In this document: piece by piece, positions 18,245 through 28,014 of the stretch | Layout: every line of letters begins with the position of its first letter | Position numbering within the stretch: the first letter of the stretch is position 1 | DNA from: Promethearchaeota archaeon | GTDB lineage: Archaea > Asgardarchaeota > Lokiarchaeia > Sigyniarchaeales > SOKP01 | Assembly: GCA_011364975.1 (NCBI GenBank) | Contig: RDOE01000001.1 | Location: forward strand, 32,001-96,000 | Direction: 5' to 3' | Length of the DNA stretch: 64,000 bases | The notes under the pieces: generated by a model | Databases searched by the model: none | Told to the model about the DNA's origin: nothing | What the model saw: the letters and a program-made list of their open reading frames with translations, nothing else | Translations under genes and position numbers: made by a program

Positions 18245-18595
18245 TTATTCAGCACCACTCTCAATTTTATCCAATAATATGAATGCCTTTGTTTTAGAGA
18301 TTTTTCTGCTTTCACCTATGCGTACTAAATCTCCTATATTAATTTCGTTTCTTAGGCATGATGGTAAATGACATGGTAGACGTGAATTACGTCTTTCATA
18401 TCTTTGATATTTTCTAACAAATTGAACGTAATCTTGCCTTATTATGACAGTGTTTCGAGACTTTTTACTAACTACTACTCCCTTAGTTATTTTTCCCCTT
18501 ATTCTGGTACTGCCATGAAAAGGACAATATTTATCATCACATTCTCTTACTCGAGGGGGATTCACTCCCGGGATTCCTATATTTCTAACACTCAT
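18245..18595 (-). CDS. rps17: 30S ribosomal protein uS17
   Basis: CDDKYCPFHG, KYQRYERR, GESRKISKTK; ATG at 18595 overlaps the rnp1 stop (TAATG). Confidence 0.96.
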   Translation of the reverse strand: MSVRNIGIPGVNPPRVRECDDKYCPFHGSTRIRGKITKGVVVSKKSRNTVIIRQDYVQFVRKYQRYERRNSRLPCHLPSCLRNEINIGDLVRIGESRKISKTKAFILLDKIESGAE

Positions 18596-18888
18596 TATTT
18601 TTTTAACCACTTCTTCTTTTTTAAACTTCTCAATCTATTTTCAGGAATACCAATAATATTAATTCCATCAACCTCCAACATTCCTTCCTTAAGAACAAAG
18701 CGAAAAATATAATCTTTTTTAATATATTTTTTCATTTCATGATTTTTTATAGTTATTAGCAAATTTTGAGTGTCATCGATTATGCTTCCGATATCTAAAA
18801 ATCCTTCATTGGTCTTTTTGAACTTAGCTTTTGCATAAACTTTAAATCCAATTAAATCATGATATATTAAGTATTTGGGACTAATCAT
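18595..18888 (-). CDS. rnp1: Ribonuclease P protein component 1 (Rpp29/Pop4)
   Basis: HDLIG, GSIIDDT, PENRL; conserved position before uS17. Confidence 0.88.
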   Translation of the reverse strand: MISPKYLIYHDLIGFKVYAKAKFKKTNEGFLDIGSIIDDTQNLLITIKNHEMKKYIKKDYIFRFVLKEGMLEVDGINIIGIPENRLRSLKKKKWLKK

Positions 18889-18899
18889 TTTTGTTCACT

Positions 18900-19109
18900 T
18901 CACTTCTTTTCATTTTTTACAGTAAGAATTCGAGCAATCTGCTTTCTTATCATTTTAGCTTTAGCAGGATTATCTGCAATTCCCCCTCCAGTCTGTTGAC
19001 TGAAAAGCATCATTAATTCTTCTCTTAATGAGAGTAAAGTTCTTTCTCTCTCTCTCTCATCCATTTCTCTAACTTTTTGAGCTGTAATTAAATCTGTCAT
19101 TATTTGCAC
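18900..19109 (-). CDS. rpl29: 50S ribosomal protein uL29
   Basis: LREEL, IRKQIARILT. Confidence 0.93.
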   Translation of the reverse strand: MQIMTDLITAQKVREMDERERERTLLSLREELMMLFSQQTGGGIADNPAKAKMIRKQIARILTVKNEKK

Positions 19110-19127
19110 CTTTAATTAAATTATAAA

Positions 19128-19919
19128 TTACTCTCCTTCTTGTTCTTCTTCATCGGGTTCTAATGAGATTTCAGATACATCCTCTTCTTCAACATCTTCA
19201 AATAATTCTCTCTCTTCGTCAGTAGGTTCTCGCTCATCCTCAGCAATCTCATATTCACGTTCTATTCTTGTCTTTCCCTTTTTAGCTATTATCTGAGCTT
19301 GGGCTTTAGCTAATGCTTCCTCATCGATTTTCACGGTATCACCCATTTTCGTATCGGCTCGCATAATTTTTACAATTATTCCTAATACTCCACTTTTTTG
19401 AATACATTGGGCAACACCTTTATCAACACCTACTTGTGCAGGCTGACCTGATTTAGACATCGTACCTGCTCGAAAGATACTAGTACGTGCTCGCTGAGAA
19501 GTTACTTTTCCTGAGACAACTACTTCACACCCTCTTGCTCCCGCATCCATTACCTTTCTTAAAATATAATAACCTGCTCTACGATAATGTCTTCCTCTAT
19601 CAAGAGAATAAGCTAATCTCTCGGCCATAATTTGAGCATCTAAATCGGGATTAGGAACTTCCTCAACCTCTATCTGTGGCATTTCAAGACCGAATTTTTC
19701 TTGTAATACATCAGTAATTTCTTGAATTCGCTTTCCGCCCTTACCAATGACGAGTCCCGGACGGCTTGTCTTAAGCGTTATTCTCACACCTAAGGGGGTT
19801 TTTTGGAGTTCTACTCCAGCAAATCCTGCTCTTACTAATTCTGAACGTAAATATTCATTAATTTGCATCATCTTGATACCTTGTTCAATGAAATGTTTGG
19901 CTAGTGGCAATTGTTTCAA
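19128..19919 (-). CDS. rps3: 30S ribosomal protein uS3 with an acidic C-terminal tail
   Basis: KH motif RPGLVIGKGG, GARGCEVVVSGK, GVLGIIVKIM. Confidence 0.97.
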   Translation of the reverse strand: MKQLPLAKHFIEQGIKMMQINEYLRSELVRAGFAGVELQKTPLGVRITLKTSRPGLVIGKGGKRIQEITDVLQEKFGLEMPQIEVEEVPNPDLDAQIMAERLAYSLDRGRHYRRAGYYILRKVMDAGARGCEVVVSGKVTSQRARTSIFRAGTMSKSGQPAQVGVDKGVAQCIQKSGVLGIIVKIMRADTKMGDTVKIDEEALAKAQAQIIAKKGKTRIEREYEIAEDEREPTDEERELFEDVEEEDVSEISLEPDEEEQEGE

Positions 19920-19962
19920 CCTGAGTTTTTTTTATATTTATTTTATATTTTTTATATTTCAA

Positions 19963-20442
19963 TTAACTTGGAAATTCATAAATGACAATTTCAACATGAC
20001 TTAAATGCCTAAATTTAGCGGTGGATCTACCATGTGCGCGAGGGATATAACGTTTTATAATTCTTCCTTTATGAGCAGCAGCGTGGATAATTCGGCATTG
20101 TTCGATATCTAAACCTTTATATTCTGCATTAGATTCTGCAGAAGTTAAAATTTCATATACTCTGGCTGCCGCTTTTTGGGGATATCTTCCCGCATACCAT
20201 TTAAATGGCTTAAGATCTTTTTTGTGTGCTTGTTTTTTCTTATATCTACGAAATGGAACTGATTGTTTTAATTGAATAACCTTTTCTAAGAATGTCTTTG
20301 CTTGCTCAACTTTCATACCTTTTATTACTGCACAGATTTCTCTCGCATGTTTAGGCTTTATCCTAAGATCTCTACCTGATGCTTTTGCCAATCTATCAGC
20401 ATCATACTTTTGTTCTGCAAAAGAGTAACCCCAATTAGGCAT
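19963..20442 (-). CDS. rpl22: 50S ribosomal protein uL22
   Basis: KHAREIC, GRYPQKAA, PRAHGR. Confidence 0.97.
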   Translation of the reverse strand: MPNWGYSFAEQKYDADRLAKASGRDLRIKPKHAREICAVIKGMKVEQAKTFLEKVIQLKQSVPFRRYKKKQAHKKDLKPFKWYAGRYPQKAAARVYEILTSAESNAEYKGLDIEQCRIIHAAAHKGRIIKRYIPRAHGRSTAKFRHLSHVEIVIYEFPS

Positions 20443-20556
20443 CTTTTATCACTTATATTTGAAATTTTTGTTAATTTTTATTGATTGTTGTAATTTTTTA
20501 TTAATTGATTTTTAATCCGAATTTTTTTAATTCAATACTGGGTAGAGTAGATGACT

Positions 20557-21090
20557 TTACTTTAATGGCACATATTTACTGGATCTAGTAGCACCAATTC
20601 CGGGGGATCCATGCTGTACTCGTTTGCGTGTCAAAGAGAATTCTCCTAAATAATGGCCAATCATTTCAGGTTTGATTTCAACAGTTTCATAGCTCCTTCC
20701 ACTATAAACTCCTATTTTTAGACCCACCATTTCTGGAAAGATTAACATATCTCTTACGTGAGTGCGTGTTAGTATATCTTTTCCTCTCTTTTTTGCCCGG
20801 TAAGCTCGTCTCAATCTTTCTAATAATTTCTTTTGCCGGGGAGGTAACCCTCTTTTTAAAGATCTCCGTGCTCTTGCAGGAAGTAACTGTATAAATTCAT
20901 CCATGCTCATCTTTTTAAGATCTTCAATCGTAAAACCTCTATAATGGAATTTAAGCCTATCTCGTTCAGCCTCTAAATCTAATTCATCTAGGTCTTCTTC
21001 TTCTTCAATTTCTTCTGATGATTCCTCTATTTCTTCTTCAAGTTCTTCTTCCTCATGATCCTCTTCTTCTAATTCCTCATCCGGAGTCAT
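20557..21090 (-). CDS. rps19: 30S ribosomal protein uS19 with a long acidic N-terminal extension
   Basis: [33 protein letters not shown]. Confidence 0.97.
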   Translation of the reverse strand: MTPDEELEEEDHEEEELEEEIEESSEEIEEEEDLDELDLEAERDRLKFHYRGFTIEDLKKMSMDEFIQLLPARARRSLKRGLPPRQKKLLERLRRAYRAKKRGKDILTRTHVRDMLIFPEMVGLKIGVYSGRSYETVEIKPEMIGHYLGEFSLTRKRVQHGSPGIGATRSSKYVPLK

Positions 21091-21322
21091 TTTTCCACCA
21101 AGTAACTTGTTTTATTTATCTAATTTTAATATTTATTTGCGATTTTATTTTGACGTTGTAAGGAAATTAGTTATCTATTAAATTTTAATTTTATTAAAAC
21201 AAGGGAAGTAAAAAGCATAAAATTTAAAAGGTTGTAATGTGAACTTCGAGGAAACCTAATAAATCACATATAATTTTTTTTTATCGAGAAATATAGCATC
21301 GATTTGATCCTATAGAAGCACA

Positions 21323-21997
21323 TTAAATATAATTATTTGGATTATAGACCCTTTCAATATCCTTCTCATCGAATTTACCACTCCATTCTTCATGAATCTT
21401 GACAAAAGCCTCAGGATCCTTATTTGGGTTTATAACACAATGATACATGTTTATTCCATTAACGAATTTATATACATTCTCAACATAATACCATACATTA
21501 TTTCCATTAATTATTATAGGTTTTCCTGCAAGTATTTCCCATTTTTCAGATCTCTGAGAATGAATTTGAATAGAAATCCCCATTTCAGGTTTGATAAATA
21601 TTAAATTATGATCAGGATATGTGAATTTTATACTATACCATTTAGATAATGTATCTATATACCCATTAGGAACATTATATTTTTGAGCAAACAATTCTGG
21701 GTCAAAATTTTCCTGTTTTGAATGTTCATATTTATAGGGATTATATATGACTTCATGAGTTGAAATATCATCATTATATTGTACTTTAACCACCGTATTC
21801 TTCTTGTTTATAATCATATAGAATTTATGAGGGTCTATAGATAAATGTGTGAGGTTTAAATTTTTTGTTATGAATTTGGTATGATTAATAATAAAGAGGT
21901 TATCTAAGTCCTCAGAATCAAAAGATATTTTGAGTAATTTAGATCCATTTTTCCTAAGTTCAGACCCCCTCTCTGATCCTATCACTTCCTCATACAT
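21323..21997 (-). CDS. Protein with a C-terminal type II mannose-6-phosphate isomerase-like cupin
   Basis: ISIQIHSQRSEKW...YHCVINP...EKDIERV pattern. Confidence 0.6.
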   Translation of the reverse strand: MYEEVIGSERGSELRKNGSKLLKISFDSEDLDNLFIINHTKFITKNLNLTHLSIDPHKFYMIINKKNTVVKVQYNDDISTHEVIYNPYKYEHSKQENFDPELFAQKYNVPNGYIDTLSKWYSIKFTYPDHNLIFIKPEMGISIQIHSQRSEKWEILAGKPIIINGNNVWYYVENVYKFVNGINMYHCVINPNKDPEAFVKIHEEWSGKFDEKDIERVYNPNNYI

Positions 21998-22980
21998 TAA
22001 CGCTCATCTCCTTTAAGGCTTTTATTATATTCGTTAAATCGCATTTCAATTTCATTTTTAAATGGCATAGATTCTTGAGCACCTGTTTTTGTTACTGCAA
22101 TTGATGCTGCTGATATAGCATATTTTACAGAATTGATAATATTCTCCCCTTGAGAAAGTTTGCTGGCTAAAACTCCATTGAAGCAATCACCGGCGCCTAC
22201 CGTATCAAGAGCTTTAACTTTAAATGCAGGTAATTTCATAAAAAAATTTTCTTCAATTTGATAAATGACCGCTCCTTTTGGACCTAGAGTAGTAATTATA
22301 TTTTTAACACCCAATTCAGAAATATTTTTTGATGCCTGAAGTATTCTTTTTTTCGGATCATCGGATAATGGTTTTAGTTTAAGTAATGAATTTAGTCTGA
22401 ATAACTCTCCTTCATTAGGAATTATTAAATCAAGTTTTTTCAAAATTTCTAAAGGAATAGGCTTTAAGGGAGCAGGATTAAGAATCTTAATAACTTTACC
22501 GGTATTCGCTATTTCGAAAATCTCTAAAATGGTCTCTATGGGAATTTCCATTTGAACTATTAGTACAGAAGCGTTTTTTATTATATTCTCCTTTTTTCGT
22601 ACATCTTCTGGAGTTAAGTTAAAATTAGCCCCTGGAGCCACACTTATAATATTTTCTCCATGTTTATCGATAATAATAAAAGCTATTCCACTTGATTCGT
22701 GAGGATCTCTAAAAATGTGTGAGGTATCAATTCCTTCCTTTATTAATTGTGAAATCATTTGCTCTCCGCAAATATCCGTTCCAATCTTTCCAATAAAAAT
22801 AGTTTCTGATCCAGATCTCTTACATGCAACCGCTTGATTAGCCCCTTTCCCCCCTAGGTATTGCTTAAATTTACCACCTGTTATAGTTTCACCCGGTTGA
22901 GGTAATCTATCTAAATATATATTGAAATCCATATTACTTGAACCAATTATTAGCACATAATTACTACTAACATCCATCAT
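21997..22980 (-). CDS. rbsK: Ribokinase (PfkB family)
   Basis: GGKGANQAVA, LNPAP, PNEGE, DTVGAGDCF, GAQESMP. Confidence 0.9.
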   Translation of the reverse strand: MMDVSSNYVLIIGSSNMDFNIYLDRLPQPGETITGGKFKQYLGGKGANQAVACKRSGSETIFIGKIGTDICGEQMISQLIKEGIDTSHIFRDPHESSGIAFIIIDKHGENIISVAPGANFNLTPEDVRKKENIIKNASVLIVQMEIPIETILEIFEIANTGKVIKILNPAPLKPIPLEILKKLDLIIPNEGELFRLNSLLKLKPLSDDPKKRILQASKNISELGVKNIITTLGPKGAVIYQIEENFFMKLPAFKVKALDTVGAGDCFNGVLASKLSQGENIINSVKYAISAASIAVTKTGAQESMPFKNEIEMRFNEYNKSLKGDER

Positions 22981-23167
22981 TAATTCACCTAATTCTTCAA
23001 ATTCAAGAGATAATTTTAATTATTATCATAGAACTAGATACTATCACAAATAAATCTAAATAATTCTTACCGAATGGTTTTAATTTAATATATGTTTAAA
23101 AATAATATTAAGCAAAATAAACTTGCTTCAAACTATACTTAAATAAAAAAGATTAGAATTCACAGAG

Positions 23168-23503
23168 GTGTTCAAAATCGCAAAAGATAAAATAATCGGA
23201 GCTCTAGTTATGATTCTTGGCTTCCTTATTGCGATTATCTATACCATGGGAAGTATTGTTGATTTATTCTTCCGCACATGGGGCGGAAATCCAAATTGGG
23301 CACTTGATCTATTTGGACCAATTGGCAATCTTCTTGATTGGAGACTCTTTGTAGTCGTACCTTTATGGATTATCGTATTATTAATAGCTATCATAGGAAT
23401 TTGGATAGGATATAGCATGCTAACCACTCCAGCGCCAGTTCCCTTAGAAGAACTCGAAGAGGAACTCGCAGCGGAAGAGGAAGCTGCTGAATCTGAAGAA
23501 TAA
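23168..23503 (+). CDS. Small two-TM archaeal membrane protein with an acidic tail
   Basis: Two hydrophobic helices; WIGYSMLTTPAPVPLEE. Confidence 0.7.
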   Translation: MFKIAKDKIIGALVMILGFLIAIIYTMGSIVDLFFRTWGGNPNWALDLFGPIGNLLDWRLFVVVPLWIIVLLIAIIGIWIGYSMLTTPAPVPLEELEEELAAEEEAAESEE

Positions 23504-23587
23504 ATAATTATCCTTTTTTTTCTTTATTTCTTAACAATTTTAACAATTATTTAAATACAAGACATAAAAAAATAATGAATGATTTAA

Positions 23588-24100
23588 CTATATTAAACAT
23601 ACTAGCCCAAATCTAAAGATATGATTTTTTGGTGGCCATTCGATATCTATTTGAATTTTTCGGACAGTTTCAGTGACATTTATCCCTACTGCTTCCATAG
23701 AATACTTTATATCATCTGGATATCTACAAGGAATCCCTTCGTCAATAGTACACTTTTTTCCTTCTTTTTGACAAATTCTGCAATGTCCATCCCATAAAAT
23801 TTTAATTTCATTATAATCATTTTTGTTTTCTTTTATAAATCGGGCTACCTCTTCTTCTATATCATCCCTCATAAACTCATATCGCTTAAAATATGCATTT
23901 TTATTTTTGATTAACTCTTTTTTTACATAAATTAGGAAAAATTTCTTAAATTGCAGTATTTGCTCTTCAAGATATGGCGCTTTAGGGGGACAAGCCCATG
24001 AATGATTATAATTAGGGCATTTAAACTTCGGATTATTGCAATAAGTTTGTACTTCTGGATCAAAAACAATTGTATCCTTATTAATCTCTATCCATGGCAT
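23588..24100 (-). CDS. DUF2284 metal-binding protein
   Basis: CPNYNHSWACPP, GHCRIC...C...CRYP, SMEAVGINV. Confidence 0.85.
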   Translation of the reverse strand: MPWIEINKDTIVFDPEVQTYCNNPKFKCPNYNHSWACPPKAPYLEEQILQFKKFFLIYVKKELIKNKNAYFKRYEFMRDDIEEEVARFIKENKNDYNEIKILWDGHCRICQKEGKKCTIDEGIPCRYPDDIKYSMEAVGINVTETVRKIQIDIEWPPKNHIFRFGLVCLI

Positions 24101-24291
24101 AAAAATGGCGTTTTAAAATAATCTCGTTATCATAAAAAAGGTTTCTTTAAAGAAAAGATTTTTTCTTATAAAAAGCATTGAATTCTTATGAGATTTAGCT
24201 TATTAATGCCAATTATAGATTAGGATGTATTTTATAATGCTCATCTAAATTCAACTAAGAGTTTTTATAGTCAGATGAAAATAGATAGGTA

Positions 24292-24912
24292 ATGATCATT
24301 AATGAAGTAGAAGCAACCATTCATAGTAAGATTGTTTATGTAGGTCCTGCGATGTCAGGGAAAACTACTACCTTGAAAGTGCTTTCAGAATATTATAGGG
24401 ATAAAGTTGTAAATGATTTTTTGAGTATTGAGAATACATCTGGTAGGACATTATATTTTGATTATCTACTTCTATTTTTTAAGAAGAAAAGATACTCTCT
24501 TAAAACTCATGTTTATTCTACGACAGGACAAGATTTTTATGCTATTACAAGACCTGATACAATTAGAAACTTAGATGGTGTAGTATTTATTGCAGATTCT
24601 GTCGAAGAAGCATTATCTCGTAATATTTCTTCTTGGAAAGAACTGGAACATTATCTCGGTAATGATTATTTATTTCTTCCCAAAGTAGTAGTATTTAATA
24701 AGCAAGATTTATCACCCAAATTTGATAAAAATATATTTTTAACCGCTATTAGAAGTTATAAATACACTAATTTTGAAACCACAGAATCAATTGCTACAGA
24801 AGGGGAGGGCGTTATTGAATCATTTAGGATAATATTGAGATTAATATTAGAAACTTCACCTTATTTAAATCCATCTTATCTCAAGCCTAAAAAAAAGCAA
24901 GTATTAACTTAA
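24292..24912 (+). CDS. Small GTPase, MglA/Arf-like
   Basis: G1 GPAMSGKTT, G2 RTLYFD, G3 STTGQ, G4 NKQD, SIA..GEGV. Confidence 0.88.
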   Translation: MIINEVEATIHSKIVYVGPAMSGKTTTLKVLSEYYRDKVVNDFLSIENTSGRTLYFDYLLLFFKKKRYSLKTHVYSTTGQDFYAITRPDTIRNLDGVVFIADSVEEALSRNISSWKELEHYLGNDYLFLPKVVVFNKQDLSPKFDKNIFLTAIRSYKYTNFETTESIATEGEGVIESFRIILRLILETSPYLNPSYLKPKKKQVLT

Positions 24913-24928
24913 TTATTAATATTCAGTG

Positions 24929-25894
24929 TTAATGCATCCATAATTCTTCAAGATCATCTAAAGCTTGTTCTTTTGCCCATATGATTTCTAGACAAAAATA
25001 ATCCTTTATTATTTCTGAAAGATAATAAAGATAATCCCGGTTTATCTTGAGGTTCAAGTTTTGGTAAAGAAATTTTATTAATCTTCTAGCAGTAACAGGT
25101 TTTGTAATTCCAATATTTTTCAAATATTCGCATATTCTCTGAGCTAACAATATATCAATTTCTTGAAAGTTTAAGTTTTCAGGTTCAATATCAGAGATAA
25201 TAATATCGATTTTATGATAATTTTTTGGATTGAGATTATCATCTATCTGGCAAATAAATGAATGTTCACATATTTTGAATTTGGGGACAAATATGCTTAT
25301 ATAAGTTTTATCTATGTTTAGTTTGCTTAAAGGAATTCTTAGTTTATCTTTTTTCCTGCAATATGGACATTCCACTGTAATTGTTTTCCAATTTTCACTT
25401 TCAAATCGAATGATTTCTGGATATAATAATTTGAAATAATTATTATAAATGTTCAGAAATTCTGCTTGATATCCAGGTGATACTAAACTTAGAGCCGTTT
25501 TTCGAAAATTTTTATCTTTAATATTGAGAAATTGAGGTAACCAACTAAGTTTTTTCAAATCATTAGCAAAATCTGAAAGAATGGATTGTTTTGATTTAAG
25601 GAATTTAAAAATATCAATATATTCATTTTTAAGATTATCCTCCTTAATAATATACGAGATAAGCATTTGTTCATAACCCCCTCGCGAAAAATTCGAGTTA
25701 ATTAAGAAAGAATAATTAATTGTATGATATTTTTCATTTGCCAGAATAATACAATGTTCTCTTGTGTTGAAATCTAGTAATTTATCAAATTCAATTGGCT
25801 GGTGATCATTTAAATTTTCGTTAGAATGAAAAATTGAGGGGCCAATTATCTGATCGAAATAAGATATAACTAAAAACCAAGAAATTTGCTTCAT
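24929..25894 (-). CDS. Longin/uDENN-like N-terminal domain plus zinc-ribbon protein
   Basis: YFDQIIGP and SRGGYEQMLISY motifs; CPYC...ICEHSF zinc site. Confidence 0.55.
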   Translation of the reverse strand: MKQISWFLVISYFDQIIGPSIFHSNENLNDHQPIEFDKLLDFNTREHCIILANEKYHTINYSFLINSNFSRGGYEQMLISYIIKEDNLKNEYIDIFKFLKSKQSILSDFANDLKKLSWLPQFLNIKDKNFRKTALSLVSPGYQAEFLNIYNNYFKLLYPEIIRFESENWKTITVECPYCRKKDKLRIPLSKLNIDKTYISIFVPKFKICEHSFICQIDDNLNPKNYHKIDIIISDIEPENLNFQEIDILLAQRICEYLKNIGITKPVTARRLIKFLYQNLNLKINRDYLYYLSEIIKDYFCLEIIWAKEQALDDLEELWMH

Positions 25895-26000
25895 ACATAT
25901 CAGTTAAGTTTTAGATAATATTTCTCTAAATTCTGCTATTTATAGTTCGCTTAAAATTGGAAGGGAGTCGGTTAAGCTATTAGAACAAATAGATAATACT

Positions 26001-26744
26001 TTAAATAGAAAGTGAATTGAAATTAATACTTAGGGTTTTTAAATCGATGGTAATTAACGAATAATTATCAATTTCTGTAGAATTTGCTTTTATGGGAGTA
26101 GTGGATACAAAAATAGTATTTTTATCTTTATTTATAAATAAAGTATGATGTCTCCCATTAAAATTAGAATTATGATAATTAACAACATGACATTCATTAG
26201 CATTGAATAAAAATGCATTTGCTCCTGCTCCTATTTTAACGCGTTTGAATAAATATTCTAAAGATTCTTTTAAAGTATAGTTCTTTTGAATTTTGTCAAT
26301 AAGATGGCAGAGATATTTTCTTGTATCAAGGGTTGTATTCTTATTAATTATGTCTAATTTAGGATTACATAATTTATTTTCCGGAAAATACTTTATAATT
26401 CCATTATGAGTAATTAGGTATTTTTCATGAATACTAATTGGATGGATGCTACTAAAACTTTTATTCCATGGTTTAGCTTTTCTTGCATGAACCAATAAGA
26501 ATCTAGTTTTAATAGTAGCAAGTTTTTTCCAATCTGAATGATATATAGGATTTATATCTCTTTTTATGATGAGAGAATTGTTATTATGATCATCAATGTA
26601 AGCGAAACCCCATCCAAGGTTATGATGACCAAATAAATCATATTTATGTAGATATCTCCAATGACAAGTTTTAATAAATTTTTTCAAAATACTCGAATCT
26701 ATAGTTAACGGTTCTGTAGAACACTGAAAAAACATACGACACAT
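26001..26744 (-). CDS. Class II glutamine amidotransferase (Ntn hydrolase, EgtC/YafJ-like)
   Basis: N-terminal MCRM, GWGFA, HARKA, IHP, HNG. Confidence 0.85.
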   Translation of the reverse strand: MCRMFFQCSTEPLTIDSSILKKFIKTCHWRYLHKYDLFGHHNLGWGFAYIDDHNNNSLIIKRDINPIYHSDWKKLATIKTRFLLVHARKAKPWNKSFSSIHPISIHEKYLITHNGIIKYFPENKLCNPKLDIINKNTTLDTRKYLCHLIDKIQKNYTLKESLEYLFKRVKIGAGANAFLFNANECHVVNYHNSNFNGRHHTLFINKDKNTIFVSTTPIKANSTEIDNYSLITIDLKTLSINFNSLSI

Positions 26745-26780
26745 TAATTGTTATTAATTAATGCAAAGTCAAAAAGGTAA

Positions 26781-27899
26781 TTAATCCATAGAAATACGAT
26801 AAGCATTAATGTATCCATTATCATGGCAAGTAATTAGAATGTTTGAAACTTTATCAAATTCAAAATCATTAATACATGAATTGTGATTAATTTGAAATAA
26901 AATTTCACCATTTAACTCGTTTATTAGAAATAATTCTCCCTTTGTACTGCCAACAAGAACAATTTTAATTCCAAACACTTCAATATAATCGATCTTTTCA
27001 ACATTTACGTTTTTTAGGTTCCACATTATGTTAAATTTTTGGTCTAAAGCGATAACTTCTGAGGTAAATTGAATGCTTTGTATTGGAATATTCTCGTCAA
27101 GAAAGTCAAAAGAATAGGTACTTACTAATAATTTATTATTGAAAATATATGGATATGATAAGCTTTTCCAGACATAATCTACCATCATTAGAGTTTTAAT
27201 TTCTTCTTTTCTTTCAAGTTCTAATATATGCAATTTTTTATCATCTCCGCCACAGACAATAAAGTTATCTTTTTCGTCCCTCACATAAGAGATCGTTCTA
27301 ACTTTATTATCAAATTGTTTAAACCAAAGTAAATCACCTTTAAGAGAATCAAAAGATCTAATAGTTCCATCATTACTTGAAGCTATTACTTCAATTTTTT
27401 CAACATTATCCAAGCTTGTGAAAATTATTGCGTCAGAAACTCCTTCCTCAAACAATTGTCCCCATATTAAAGCTCCACTGTATGGATTTAATACACGAAT
27501 ACTTTTATCTAAGGAATAAGCGATTATTTCATTTAAACCATCGTTATTTATATCACTAATTAATATACCACTAATAGATGCACCAAATTGGTGTGCCCAA
27601 TAAGGTATTAATTGAAAATCGTCACTACATTTAAAGATCCTTAATAATCCATCTATTCCACCTAAAATTATTTCCCCTTTATTATCCTTATCGATGTCTT
27701 CAATAATTCCATCCCAAATTGCCATTTTTTCCGCAACAATGTCATCGAGTAGTAAATTACCACTAAGGGAGAATAGGAGTATTTTCCCTGATTTGGTGTA
27801 TGCTAAAACATGTTTTTCTTGACCTTTAATTAGATTTCCTATGGCAATTCCCATTACTTGATCCTTAGTATTGAACTTCCAGAAATTTGTGACTTTCAA
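26781..27899 (-). CDS. WD40/FG-GAP beta-propeller protein
   Basis: DIDKDNKGEII, DINNDGLNEII; repeated GGxDGxLR / SxDGTIRSFD blades. Confidence 0.8.
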   Translation of the reverse strand: MKVTNFWKFNTKDQVMGIAIGNLIKGQEKHVLAYTKSGKILLFSLSGNLLLDDIVAEKMAIWDGIIEDIDKDNKGEIILGGIDGLLRIFKCSDDFQLIPYWAHQFGASISGILISDINNDGLNEIIAYSLDKSIRVLNPYSGALIWGQLFEEGVSDAIIFTSLDNVEKIEVIASSNDGTIRSFDSLKGDLLWFKQFDNKVRTISYVRDEKDNFIVCGGDDKKLHILELERKEEIKTLMMVDYVWKSLSYPYIFNNKLLVSTYSFDFLDENIPIQSIQFTSEVIALDQKFNIMWNLKNVNVEKIDYIEVFGIKIVLVGSTKGELFLINELNGEILFQINHNSCINDFEFDKVSNILITCHDNGYINAYRISMD

Positions 27900-28014
27900 G
27901 ATTATTAATTTGTTTTCTAAAAATTTACACTTTTATTCACTAATAATAAAAAATAATACAATTTATTTACTTTTAAAACCTAATTATAATCTAAAAACTA
28001 ATTTTATGATCAAA

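Noticed and set aside
19044-19058. (TC)n microsatellite
   Set aside because: It encodes ERERER in uL29; no sign of phase variation
21100-21205. CTTGTTTTA/TAAAACAAG inverted repeat upstream of rps19 as an autoregulatory leader
   Set aside because: A 9-bp AT-rich match with a long spacer; not distinguishable from chance
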